Shown piece after piece: positions 18,655 to 31,845 of a stretch of 64,000 nt of DNA (position 1 is the stretch's first letter; each line of letters opens with the position of its first letter). Made by a program: the position numbers and the translations under genes. This DNA is from Blastocystis sp. Blastoise (Eukaryota; Protista; Bigyra: Opalinata). The DNA is taken from positions 496,001-560,000 of the forward strand of contig JBBPEB010000021.1 in the NCBI GenBank assembly GCA_039096225.1. Reading direction: 5' to 3'. The notes under the pieces are model-generated. The model saw only the letters and a list, made by a program, of their open reading frames with translations. It searched no databases and had not been told where the DNA came from.

Positions 18655-20575
18655 TATATATATATATACGGTGTTCGATTAATAAGCCAATTGGCTAAAG
18701 CTTCAGATCCTTCAACATCTATATATATATATATATAATCAATCCAATATATTACATAATTAATGAATTATATTAATATAAATATAAATATATACTAAGA
18801 TTATTTCCACTGACATCCAGTTTTACAAGTGATTTAGTGAGAAGAGGACAAGTAGAGAGAAGTTGGAAGAAACGACAAGAACTACTATATATATATAAAG
18901 AAAATAGATTCATTCATATACTATATATAAATATATCTAGAATAATAAAAATAAACATAATAATGATACTAAATATATCAAAATAGAATAATAATAATAA
19001 TATATATACATACCTAGGGCTCATTTTACAGTCTTCAAGAATAAGGAAATGGAGGGAAGGAAGAGAGGGAATAAGAAGTTCAAGAGTTTCTGTTGTTAAT
19101 ATATTATTCGATATATCTAAATATGTAATACGATTCAACGTATTTTCGGTAAAACCACGGGATAATGATGTAAATGCCTATATATATATATAGTTTCGTT
19201 TTTATGAGATTTTTTAAAGAATAATAATATATATATAATTAAAGAATATAATATTATTAAATTATAATAGTATATAATATAATAAAACATAATATATATA
19301 TAGAATACCTTAGTAGTAGCATTAATACTTCTTAATATAAGTCTAGACATCATACTTGAGTGACTTATTAAACGACCTACACCCTCATATAAAGATTCCC
19401 CCGCGGGAATATTATCGACATATAACTCATGAAACCAACTAAAGTATTTATATATAATAATATACTGAGAAAATGATTATAAAAGAAAATAAAATAAATT
19501 TAATAAAAATATCATAATAAAGAATGAGTATAATAAATATATATATAAACATAATAATAATATCTATATATACTTATCATATTGAAGAGTAGAAATCATA
19601 GCACAACATTGTTTACCATCATATGTTTTTCCTTCTCCATCTAATTTAAATTCACTCATAGCTCTTTCATATATATCTGATAATTCTTCTTCTATTTGAG
19701 TATTAGGAGATATCTCCATATCACTACAAACACATCGATATCTATATATATATAATATAATATAATATTAAAGTTATTTAAAAATCATATATTATAGATA
19801 AATAAAAAAAATAAAAAAAAAATAACGTACATCATAATCATTCCTTGAATATAACGTTTATATTCTTCATCTGTAAATTGAGGTCGTTTACTATTTGTAA
19901 GTCGTTGAAGTAAATCTTGACTTGATGAATTCAACTAAAGTAAATATATTTATATATATCAATAGGATTCATATTGAATCTAGTATACGAAAAAAATAAT
20001 GTTAATAACAATATACAATAAAAGTACATCGTTGATCTTCAGGAAGCATTAAGGAACACTCATTATATTTTTCTACGACAAGACCAACGAAAGAACGATG
20101 ATCCGAAACAGTAAATGCAATTTTCCAATCACCTAATTCAAATGAAATCTATAAAAGACAGTTAAATACGATTATACAATTTATGAATAATACGTATACC
20201 TTGAAATCTTCAGTATAAGTGACATTTGTTAGGTTTAGAAGAGATCCAGAACGTGCAAGCTATTTATTCACATAGAATTATGACTTAGATTATTATAAAA
20301 TACTGTTAAACCTCCAATAAATCCACTTTTGAACGATAATAATCGATAAGGTGTTAATACAATAATTCTTTTTTCTATTTTATCCTTTCGTCTATATGGA
20401 TTCATTAATTATTATTCTCTTAGAGTATGAATATACTTATGAAACTTGTCAATAGGAGCTGCAAAAACAATATTTTCATGAGTTGGTTCTAAAAACTTAA
20501 GAAGCGAATCTATATATTGTATGTATAAGAAATAACCAAATAAATACTTATTTGTGACTTTGAAAGTGTTTCCAT
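16905..20575 (-). CDS. Multi-exon leucine-rich-repeat protein, CARMIL/Acan125-like (N-terminal PH-like region + RI-type LRRs)
   Basis: N-terminus KRIIVLTPYRLLSF and linker STLQYD-WFHELYV. LRRs ITYLDISNN, LVKLDVSGN, ISSIDISGN, LSSISIAGN and LRSIRWDNN. Ends QCIQENQA-TAA. Confidence 0.7.
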
Positions 20576-20869
20576 GATGATTAATTAGAAAAACAATACC
20601 GTATAAGTTTTTAAATATTTAAACAGAAACAAGATATTATTGAAAAAAAGTGGAAAACATGATTTTTATGTATACAAATAAATGACTTGTTTATAAATAA
20701 CAGAAGCAACTGTCTTTCTACCAATAAAATTATTATTCAGATTTTTATTTACTTTATTCATATTTATTTAAAGTAAATAAAGAAATAATATATTTCATTG
20801 TTTCTTCTCCAAGGGAGTATTAGTGGAAAAAAAGAAAAATATATATACTAGTTCAAAATCACTAGTAGG

Positions 20870-21130
20870 CAGGTTTTTGTTTTTGGGAAAGTGGCGCTTA
20901 GCCGACCACAAACAGCCTCTTAAAAAAGCACTGTCTGGCGCTGGAAAAACCTCATTCTGGCGGAAAGGCTATCACCAACTGACGCTTCGGAGACCACTAT
21001 CGCACGGATCATTTGTTTTAAGAAGCAGTTACACAATTATTTTTCGCGCAAACAACACCACTATTTGCCTCTTGACGAACATAAATACGCGAAAGAAAAG
21101 CACATATTTACTCTTATTTAGCGTAAAGTG
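20870..21130. ncRNA. Candidate structured non-coding RNA (unassigned)
   Basis: Local GC/CpG-rich island in an intergenic region with complementary segments (gcctcttaaaa/ttttaagaagc and ttcgcg/cgcgaa). No family motif firmly recognised. Confidence 0.25.
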
Positions 21131-21329
21131 GGTATTAACAATACATTAACAGGGTCTAATCAGTTATTTTAGAAGTCATTTTACAGTTAATTAAGATCCG
21201 TTTTTATTCTCAAAACAACTCATTTTCATCTCAATTGTAGTATAAATAGAATAACAATAAAAAGAACAAAATACAAAAAATAATAGATAAATAATAAATA
21301 AACTAATAAAGAATTTTATATATATTCAG

Positions 21330-21970
21330 TAAATATCCTAGAAAGTTGATTTCTAGCCATTTTGAAAGCTATAAAAAAGTAATTATAGAAATGTTGTTAA
21401 TATAATAATAATAAATAACATACCTTGAACCTTAGCATCGTAAACAAACTCCCTTCCAATTTTACAGCCATTTCAGTAGCCTATAGAATATAATTATAGA
21501 AATGATAAAATAATAATAATAATAAATAGGATACCTTATATAGGCACATCCAGAGACACCTGAATAACAATTTCAAGACCATTTTTGAATGACTATATAC
21601 AAAAAAAAATAAAAATGATAAAAATATAATAATAATAAACAATATACCTTTTACAAAAACAGCCAGAGCCACCTTATCTTCAATTTTCAGACCCTTTTGA
21701 AAGACTATATAAAGATAATAATAAAAATGATAAAAATAATAATATTAATAGATGGCATACGTTGAACACACACATCAAGCACCGATTACACTTCAAGGAT
21801 CACCAGCTAAAATAAGCCAACTTTTAAATCAAGCCATTCCTGTTCAATAGAGCGCCAAAGGTAAAGTTCTAACTTAATCCAAGAAAAAAATTATGCTCAT
21901 TTCCAAGTCGTTTGAGCAATAAACGATGACTATATAATAAGATATATAAATAAATAACATAAAATACCAT
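21330..21970 (-). pseudogene. Small spliced gene remnant with repeated ~57-nt exons
   Basis: ATG-GT at ~21970 and clean GT-AG introns. Paralogous exons (FQKGLKIEDKVALAVFVK / FKNGLEIVIQVSLDVPIK), but stops and frame breaks prevent a continuous ORF. Confidence 0.35.
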
Positions 21971-23958
21971 TATAAGTCAAAAGCAACAACAATACAATTT
22001 TTAGTATATAAAAAAAATATGTGAAAATCTTTTATAAAAAAAATTAAAAATCCAGCCCCAAAATGGAATTTTTAAAGAATTTTGCAACATAAAAACAAAT
22101 TTTAAGTTTACCCCCTTAGTGGTTTCTCCTCTTTTTTTCATGAGAGACTGAATACTAAAAAGTAAACATAGTTCAAATATCACTGCCTATTTATAATTAA
22201 TGATAATGATTTTTATGTCTGTGTTAGTACAAGTGATATTAGGTTACTGAAGCAATAACGACCGATTTTGAACACAATGGAAATCATATTGTGTTTAATT
22301 GTCAAACTTTATTAATTATAAACTGTGTCATTATGATAGTCATGCCATTTGAAACAAGAAAAAAGTTTCTTCTGATGTACTTTTACAAACTGATTTACTA
22401 ATTATTTAAAAATATTTTTTTTAAATAACTATTGATTCTTTTTATTGCTACATACTTGTAGAAATGAATTTATAAAGAATTTATTTAAGATAAATCAATT
22501 TAAGAAATATTAATAGAAATAAAAGTAACAAAGATACTATTATAAAAATATTATTTATAAGGCAAATTAATAGTTATTTAAACGAAAACGTTCATAATGA
22601 ACTAATTAATATGTTTGATAAAAACTACAAGAAATAATAAATGAATAAGAAATAATAATAATAAAAGACAAAAATATATATATGTTTATATAAAAGATAA
22701 TAAAAAGACGAATAGTATAAATAGTAATTGTATATATATAATAGTTGATTCAATTATTTAATTCTCATATAATATGTATTGTTTTGACAAGAAGAGATTG
22801 TAGAAGAATAGATATATGTGTGTATTCTATAAAAATGATGGTAATAATAATAAAATATATATAATCAGTATAAAGAGATAAAGAAGAATGAAAAATTAAT
22901 ATAACGAGAAATAATAATAATTGTATATACCAATAGCTTCAAATGTTTAAATTTCCTTCTTCTATACAGCATATAATCATTGATCTTCATCTTTCTTATT
23001 CTTATTCTTAATAATCTTCTTCTTCCATAAATTAGTTTTTTCCTGTATTATTCTTTCCTTCCCTTTCAATATTGTTTCAATTTGTTTTTATAACAGTAGC
23101 TTCACTTCTTTAATCTTTTTCTTCTTCCTTCATTTCATATCAATTTTCATTTCCTTCATTTTAATTTCTTTTTCATTTTTTTATTTATTTAATTCTTCTT
23201 CTTCTTGAAATTTCCATATATATATGTGATTAAATCCATCTTTAAATAAAAATCTATATGAAGAGAAATTAATTAAATAATTGATTATTATTATTATTTA
23301 AGATATGCATAAACATATGTATATACAACAGATAATATAAAATAATTACTTTTTTTATCGTTGATAGTAAAAATTGATTGATTTTTGCGATTATATTAGA
23401 AATAAGCAAAATAATAACTAGTATTGTAACTGTAAAAAAATTATAATAAAAACTAAAGAAATAAATATAATATATATATGTACTGTATATTTGTTTTGTT
23501 TCTGAAAGTGTTTAAAAACTATAAAATGATTTGGATTATTATATTTACATGTAAGAAGAAAATATAATATTTATTTTAGGAGAATACAACCTATATATGT
23601 AAATTATATATATATATATATAATTTCAGAAAAATAGTTATATTTATATATATATATATATATATATAATAAAAAGAAAACATAATATATTTATATTATA
23701 TATATAAATACTGCTAGAAATAAGTCGTATTTGTTATGTAAAAGTAGAAATAAAATAAATAGTGGAAAAGAAGGAATAATATGTAGATCTTATGCTTTAT
23801 AATATTAATTACAATTTTTATATTCACATATACAAGGAATACGAGAGTACATAGAGTTTTTCATTTTTGTTTTACACTTCTAATAATAGTTCAGAAGACT
23901 CCTTTGATTGTTCTATTGCTTCAATTAAAATACTATATAAAGATTTTTTTATGTATTT

Positions 23959-23998
<40 letters not shown>

Positions 23999-26689
23999 CG
24001 TTTTTTATTTCAATTCTTATGAATTAATTATCAAACTTGATTATCTATGTTATTAAAATCTATTTTTCTTTATATGAATAATAATATTAATAATAAAAAT
24101 AATAGAAATATAATAATAATAATAATAATAATAATATATATACTATAGTCTTTTTCAATTCTAGTATATTTGTTTAAAATGTTATTTATTCATAGAGACA
24201 TCAGTTATACAAAGAAGATGAATTTCATATTCATATATGTTGAAATATTCAAGGTAATTCTGAAACATTGAAAAAAGATACAAATCATACTAGATAAAAG
24301 TATAATAAATAAAATATGTATATTAAGCATAATAATAATCAGTATGATGGTGATATATATTTACAATCGTTTCAAGAATACAACTATTTGAATAATTTCT
24401 TAATTGTGATTTAATGCCTCCAAAAGCATGGTTTCTAACAAATTATATCAATAAAAATAAATATAATAATTGTAACATATATACAGCTTGTTGATCTTCA
24501 ACTAATAGTGTTCATTCAAAGTTATATATATAGAATATTGAAAGCGAGACATAAATATAGAATAATTAAAGTTATTAAGGAGTTATATATACATTAAGAT
24601 TAAATATTAAATATATAATAAAAATGATTATTATAACAATAAATAAAATAAAATAATAATATACATATTATCTATCCATTTATTTCGTTTATTAATAAAT
24701 ATTCTTTAAGATAATAGTTCTCATTATAAACCTCTTTCTGTTAGTAACATTAATTGCGTTTATATATACATAGAATAAGGAATATTTAATAGAGATATAA
24801 GAAGACTGAGAAGACAAAGGATTTATTGAAATATTATATATATAATTACAAAGATTATAATGTGATAAATACAATAATAATATATATACAGTATATAATG
24901 CTATTTTTAACATAATGAATTGAATAGGCTAAGAAAAGAAGTACATTCAGTATATATTATAATACTTATTGAGAGACATTTGTAAACTACAGAATAATAA
25001 AATGAATATAATAAAAGTATAAAAATAATCATAATTATTTGTATATAACTAATATATATTATTTATTATAAATACCATAAGATGATCCAATAATAAACTT
25101 CCTTAAAACTAATTATTTCTGTTAGTTATTTATTAATATACCTATAGAATACTAATAAATAAATGTATATTTATATAGATATAGATTTATTTACCAATGA
25201 CTATCAACTTGACATTCAGCAAGATCACCACTCATATGTACTTTCAGATTTTTAGAACACTATTTAACGAATTAATTTAATATAAAAAAAGAAATATATT
25301 ATATATATTTGACATACATTCACAACGATTTTGAATAATTTGAAGAATCCTTTTATAGTCATTATTTAGAGGAATTAAAAAAAGATGGTAAATAGAATTA
25401 CGGATAATTCACATATAGATACATGTAATAAATCAAATAATGTTTTATATCTCGATTAATATTTTCGAATCTATTTAAACTATATCAAAATGATATAGAC
25501 TAGTTAAAGTTCACTTAACTATCATGAATCCTGCTTGATAACATCATTGCCATTAGTAACATAATATGGAGATCCTTTATTTAAATAATACAACAGAAAT
25601 TAGGCAACAATACGAAGAATGTAAACCATTGAATACTATTTATTAATAATGAAGTATTCATTTCAATTTTAACAATTTATATAATGATTATAAAAACGTA
25701 TATTCTATATATATAATGAAATTGAATAATATAAAAGACAGAAAACTATCGTAAGATGTAGAAGATTATAAATAGGGATAATAAAAGTCGTAAGGTGTAT
25801 TAACAAACGAAAACAGAGTAGTTAAGTATTCATCGCTACGACCTTCATTCCTTTCCAACAAGATTGAATCTGTATAATTTTTATGTTTGTATTTCTTTGA
25901 GGATACACCAACCTAAATAGTTTAAAGAAATAAAACCAGAATAGAAGATACAATGGCAGATAGATAAAGAAAAGAAAAATATGTTATGCTAATATAACAA
26001 ATAATATATGTATAAAAAAAAATTAATAAAGATTTCAGTTAATAATAATCATTACTATTATAAAGCAAATAGGCAAAAAAATTCCCATTGGTCAGTTTTT
26101 GGAAAATGCATTTGATTGGCTACTATATACTCAAGTTTGTGTACACCTCTCCTCTAAACTTACGGGGAGTTAACTTTTGGTTGAAACACAGTTCAATACG
26201 ATATAACATGTAGATTTGCACCGTCTACTTTGTTAAGCTATATTGTTTATAATTAAAAAGTTATTAATAAAAAAACAGAAAACATGATTTTTGAGTCGTT
26301 TTTGATTGGCTCTTTGGGATCATCCCGATAAAAATTGTTGACCAGACAATTGAAAAATAAACATGGGGTAGACTTGATTTTTTCTCAATCCCACAATATA
26401 CGTTATCCGTGTTTATTCTTTATATTTATCTATTTTTTAATACTTTTTCATATTGAACACGTGAGGCCTTAACGGTCAAATTTAGATTGTTAATTTGACA
26501 TGATATTCTGATTCAGGAGGTCAAAAAACCTAGGTGTACCAATTTTGAGCTCCTGAGGACGATTTTTGAGTGATCGATATTTTCTTCGATCTTCTTTAAA
26601 TTGACTAATATTGTATCATAGTAATCAATAGGTCCTCAAACTACTATAGTTAAAACAAAGTCTTAAAATAACGAGTTTAAAAGTGACAA

Positions 26690-28150
26690 TTTTGAAAAAT
26701 GTGAATTAAGTGGTCTTAGAGGACAAGATTCAATACAATGACTTTTATTTAGTAAACTAGAGATAATACTCTATTCTATGTTAAAAGGAGAGTCAAAATT
26801 ATGAAGGTCAAAGTGTATGACCAAATGACAAAATGTGTCTTAAAAAGTAAAAGGGTTTCTATATGTGTTTAGAATCATATATTAAGTCTATTCTATGAAT
26901 AATAGCTTTAAATAAATAGTTTAAGGTTGTCAAATTCAAAAGAATGTGTAAAACATAGTCTTAGACTATGAATAAAAAATTTAGGGATATTAATCAGTGT
27001 ACAGCTGTAGTAGCTCTACAACATATCAAAAGTACAGTTAAAATAATTTTTAGAGAGTGGATGTGTGAAGGGTTGTGACTATTATTTAAAAATTATTTTT
27101 ACTTCAGTTTATGTTAAATCGTGAATTTCGTGCACTATAAAAAAATTGAGTCAAAAAATTAACTCTAAGGGTCTTAAATTTAAAAAAATGTAAAAATGAG
27201 TGACTTAGAGGACGAGATTCAAAATAAGAGTGTTTATTCATTAAACTAGAGTGTATGATCTATATTATGTTAAAAGAAGGGAAGAAAATATGTTGATCAA
27301 AGTGTATGACCAAATGGTAAAGTCTTCTTAATAAGTCTAAAGTGTTGACTAATGTGCTTATAGAGTCATATAAAGTCTACTATGTAAATATTAGCTTTTA
27401 AAAATATGTTTAAGCCTTTCAATTAGTAAAAATATGTTTAAAGTAAGTCATAAAATGAGAATTTTAAGAAACGAGATATTGTTCAGTATACACTAAGAGA
27501 CACTCTACAACATATCAAAAATATAGCAAAAACTATTTTTAGAGAGTGGATGTGTGAAGGGTTGTGAGAGTTATTGAAAAAATATTTTTCACTCAGTTTG
27601 AGCAAAATCGTGTTTTTGGAACACTGTAGAAAAATTAATTTAAAAAATCAACTCTAAGGGTCTTAATTTTTAAAAATGTAAAAATGAGTGACTTAGAGGA
27701 CGAGATTCAAAATTCCCCCTCACTTTCATATAACTAAACCACACACTCTATATTATATCAAAAGGAGGGATGAAAATATTTTGGTCGAAGTAAATGAGCA
27801 AATGCAAAAGGTTTATAAAATGTCTTAAAGTGATGACCAATGTGTAGCTACGGTCATATTAAGTAAAGTGTGTAAATATTAGCATTTAAAAATGAGTTTA
27901 AGTGTGTCAACTTTTCATAATGTGTCAAAAAGGGTCTTTAAGACAGAGATTCAAAACATTTACTTTTATTTAATAAATAGTATGATAAACTCTATACTAT
28001 ATCAAAAGACTGACGGAAACTGTTTTGATACAGTGGATCTTGAATGTGTAAAGTCTCTTTAAAAGTTACTATTTTGAGTTATTTATGTTTAAAATCATTA
28101 TTTGAGACGAATATAAAAATATTAACTTTTTAAATAATGTTTTAGTTGTC
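26690..28150 (+). repeat. About three diverged tandem copies of a ~488-bp unit inside the Helitron
   Basis: Anchor cttagaggac(a/g)agattcaa at ~26715, ~27204 and ~27692. tacaacatatcaaaa at ~27017 and ~27506. agagagtggatgtgtgaagggttgtga twice. Confidence 0.8.
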
Positions 28151-28477
28151 AAAGTTAGAATGAATGCTGACTTTGTTATGATTAAAGCTTTCTAATTCTT
28201 TTAAAAAGTATTAAAATGAGTTAAAATTATTATATTATGCTTATTTAAATGAATTTTATGAATTAAAAATACTTTACACTACTTCACATTGGTACTCATT
28301 TCTAAAGTTATTGACTTTAAAAACTCAAAGAATGTTTTAAACAGTTGTTTAATTATTAATAAATACAAAATATATTTTAAAAACAAATTGTTGTGAAAAA
28401 ATTGACTTAGAAAGTGATTTTAATTAAAAAATAATTTTTTCTCTTTTTTAATTTCTTATTTAAAAAGTCTAAAATAA

Positions 28478-28545
28478 TCTTATATCAGGAATTGAACCTG
28501 ATTACAATCATAAAATAATTGTAACTCTCCATATAGAGTATAAGA
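28478..28545 (-). other. tRNA-like cloverleaf (non-canonical) near the Helitron 3' end
   Basis: Minus strand: tcttata/tataaga acceptor-like stem, ctct/agag D stem, tacaat/attgta stem, tcagg-TTCAATT-cctga T arm. Connectors and anticodon loop are non-standard. Confidence 0.5.
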
Positions 28546-28729
28546 AATTAATATTTAATAAATAATAAATAATATATATAATATATAATATATAATATAT
28601 AATAAATGACTCATATTAAAAACTATATATATATAATATATAAGATAAAAGATAATAAATATTTTTTATATACTCTTTATGCAGCCGCGGTCCGGGGCCG
28701 TTAGGCACTGGACCTGCGGCGTGACCCTA

Positions 28730-29121
<392 letters not shown>

Positions 29122-29402
29122 TTTATATATATATATACACGTTTTCCATAATCAGGATCGGATATAGTCTTTGAGAAACTTGAAGAAATTTCATGAACTA
29201 TTAAATTCATATGTATGACAGTTTTAAAATCTATACATCCATAAGTTATTGCCATAAAATTTGGAGATTTTGTAACCGTATGAAAAACGTCCAAAAGATT
29301 ATTATCACTATCTTTTATATAAGCATATAATTTTCCAGGAGACAAAGCTGCATTTAAGTAATAGTCTACAATTGATAAAGCATTATTTTTATAGCTATAT
29401 AT

Positions 29403-29517
29403 ATTCTTCCGTTCTTCGAACTGCAGAAGGGGGTATGCAAACCCCGCATAGAGTCTGCGCGACGCGCGCAGCCATAAGCGGGGAAGACATCCCCCTTTTT
29501 GTTCTCGACGGAAGAAT
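29403..29517. other. 115-nt GC-rich imperfect hairpin at the left terminus of the virus
   Basis: Nested pairs attcttccgt/acggaagaat, gaac/gttc, aaggggg/ccccctt, ccccgc/gcgggg and ctgcgcg/cgcgcag. Confidence 0.85.
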
Positions 29518-30259
29518 TAATAACATTTCTGAAGTAAAATAACCATGGGAGTGTAGGGTAGTGTGTGTGTGTATTTATTTTTTCCCATGTTTATTTATTT
29601 TTAATTTATTTGTGTTCCGATTCCAACGTGAAACGTAAAGTGATCAAGGAGAAACTCATAGTAATCATAAAAGAAATAAAATACACAGTCCAACCCTCCC
29701 CTTTACAGAGAATATTCATGGAAAATGACTCCATCGTTGGTAAAGTGAGTAAAATAATCACGGGAATACAGAAAGAAATACGAAAAGAAGCACAGAATGT
29801 GCTAAATAAACACACACCCCGACCCTCCCTTTATATAGAGAAAAGATGAAATGGATGGTTCTATCTAAAAAGAAATAATAAAAATAATCACGGGAATATA
29901 TAAAAATAAAAATGTATGTATAGTGATCAATAAATAATATAAAAAGTCATGATAATCATAAAAAAATTTATATAAAAAGAGTAAAGTGATCAAGGTATGT
30001 ATTTATAGTGGGTGAAAGAAAAGCTGGTGGTGGTGTGGTCTTGTAAAAAGATGTACCCACCACCACGACTATAACGAGAGACTTTTGGAAACAAGGGTGA
30101 CCGTTATGGAAATAGGATGCGTCATCGTGAATTGTCCAATCAAATTGCTTAAAATTGTAAAAATGAGGGATTTTGGAACACAAAAACACAATTATAATAG
30201 GGAAACTGGGGAAACTAATTGTGTTCCAGTGGTTTTAGGTGGCGGCATGTATATCAATT

Positions 30260-30297
30260 TTCTAGAACATTCTAGAACATTCTCGAAACTTCTAGAA
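30260..30297. promoter_or_regulatory. Heat shock element array (8 nGAAn units)
   Basis: TTCtaGAAcaTTCtaGAAcaTTCtcGAAacTTCtaGAA, 45 bp upstream of ATG 30343. Confidence 0.8.
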
Positions 30298-30342
30298 TAA
30301 TAAATTGTATTATGCGTTTTTTATATTTTTATACTATATATT

Positions 30343-30510
30343 ATGGATTCTCCAAAGCAATTTGCTCCATATTATAAAGAAGGTACTTGGAAACCTTATG
30401 GAAATTTTGAAGTTGATGAATTAAGTGATAGTGATTCTGAAGTGGATACTATTCAAACTGAAAGTGAAGATGATTATGAAGATTATATAAAAAATTTTAT
30501 TGATTTTTAA
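30343..30510 (+). CDS. 55-aa acidic viral protein (below ORF-track cutoff)
   Basis: MDSPKQFAPYYKEGTWKPYGNFEVDELSDSDSEVDYIQTESEDDYEDYIKNFIDF. Preceded by an HSE array and followed by a ttgtttagtt 3' motif. Confidence 0.65.
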   Translation: MDSPKQFAPYYKEGTWKPYGNFEVDELSDSDSEVDTIQTESEDDYEDYIKNFIDF

Positions 30511-30611
30511 ATTAATTTTTATTAATAACAAAACAAATTGTTTAGTTTTTTGATAAAATATTAAAAAAAAAAAATAAATGTTTAAACAACAAATTTTATG
30601 AATAAATTTAA

Positions 30612-31733
30612 TTAATAAATCTTTTTTTTGCTTGCCTCCTTTAATTCTTTTGTCCATTTCTTTGGCGTTTTTGACGGTTTAATATCTGGTTTTGGTAATA
30701 AAGGTATATCCACTCTATTAACTTTATAATGATTATTTCCATTTTCAAAAAAATCTTTAGAATAGGCCAAATTCGTCATAGTATTAAACAATGGAAATGT
30801 AACTTCATCATTTTCAATATTTTGCAGATCATTTTGATAATTTTGTGTTAACTTATTTTGATATTTTTTAATTTCAGGATTTAGTTTTACTTTATTATGA
30901 ATACGAACATTATCAGTATTTGTTGTATGTGCAAAAGGGTAATATCTGTCTGCTAAAATATTTTTAGAATTTTTCGCATCTGGATCTTCCCACCATTGTA
31001 CGTCATAAGCATCATCTCTATTCTTTCTTGCTTGATTCGCCATTTCTCTTATTGCATATGTATCATCTTCTAGACTTTTTTTAAACCATTCTTTCATATT
31101 ATTAAATGTTTCTGCACCTTTATCAACTATTTTATTAACACCGTTAGTAATATTCTGAACACCACCAGTTAATCTATCAGCAACATGGTATACATCACCA
31201 ACGGCATTAAAAACATTAGAAAATAAATTACCACCTTTAGAATATAAATAACCTTCATGATCCTTTCTATTAAAATCTATTGCGTCTTCAATTGTGTTAA
31301 AATTTAATAATTTTGAATAAGTTTCATAACCATCAATATTATTACGTTTCATATAAGGTAAAACATAATCATGAGCATATATAAGTTTTCTTGTAAAATT
31401 CTTGGGAATTCTACCATCAGGTAACAGACCAGATCCTTCATCAATTGGTTCAGTCTCTTCGTATTCTTCGTATGAATTCTTTATAATATCGGGTCTATTT
31501 AATTTTAGAAATGAATAGAGTGGTTTCAGTGTAGCATTGTTAACCATATTACTTTCTATTCGCTTAACAGCAGCTAAAGAATTAGGAGCAATAGAATAAT
31601 TAATTGGATGACGTTCTTCTCCATCAGGAATAGATCCTGGAACAATATAATTTCGATATTCATGACCAGTAGCACGATGATTTACGCCTACTAATCCTTT
31701 ATTTGAAACATTTAAACGAGCACTTTGTATCAT
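30612..31733 (-). CDS. Viral hypothetical protein, 373 aa, probable virion/core protein
   Basis: Intact intronless ORF. EGSG-L and KGG-N candidate protease sites, the latter followed by amphipathic LFSNVFNAVGDVYHVADRL. Basic C-terminus. Confidence 0.8.
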   Translation of the reverse strand: MIQSARLNVSNKGLVGVNHRATGHEYRNYIVPGSIPDGEERHPINYSIAPNSLAAVKRIESNMVNNATLKPLYSFLKLNRPDIIKNSYEEYEETEPIDEGSGLLPDGRIPKNFTRKLIYAHDYVLPYMKRNNIDGYETYSKLLNFNTIEDAIDFNRKDHEGYLYSKGGNLFSNVFNAVGDVYHVADRLTGGVQNITNGVNKIVDKGAETFNNMKEWFKKSLEDDTYAIREMANQARKNRDDAYDVQWWEDPDAKNSKNILADRYYPFAHTTNTDNVRIHNKVKLNPEIKKYQNKLTQNYQNDLQNIENDEVTFPLFNTMTNLAYSKDFFENGNNHYKVNRVDIPLLPKPDIKPSKTPKKWTKELKEASKKKIY

Positions 31734-31845
31734 TTTATAAAATAATTATATTTTTTAAACAAAACAAAATAAAATATTGTATAATAAATTATTAATTACA
31801 AGATAATATATAAGAAATATAGATATATAATGTAAGGTATGCTAG

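Noticed and set aside
20990-21130. U3 snoRNA (GAGAC..GGATCATTT, TAGCGTAAAG)
   Set aside because: Box A', C and D are not convincingly present. Kept only as an unassigned candidate RNA.
22960-25912. Alternative genetic code (TAA/TGA read-through) explaining the in-frame stops
   Set aside because: Neighbouring host genes end in TAA and have stop-free exons. Pseudogene decay is simpler.
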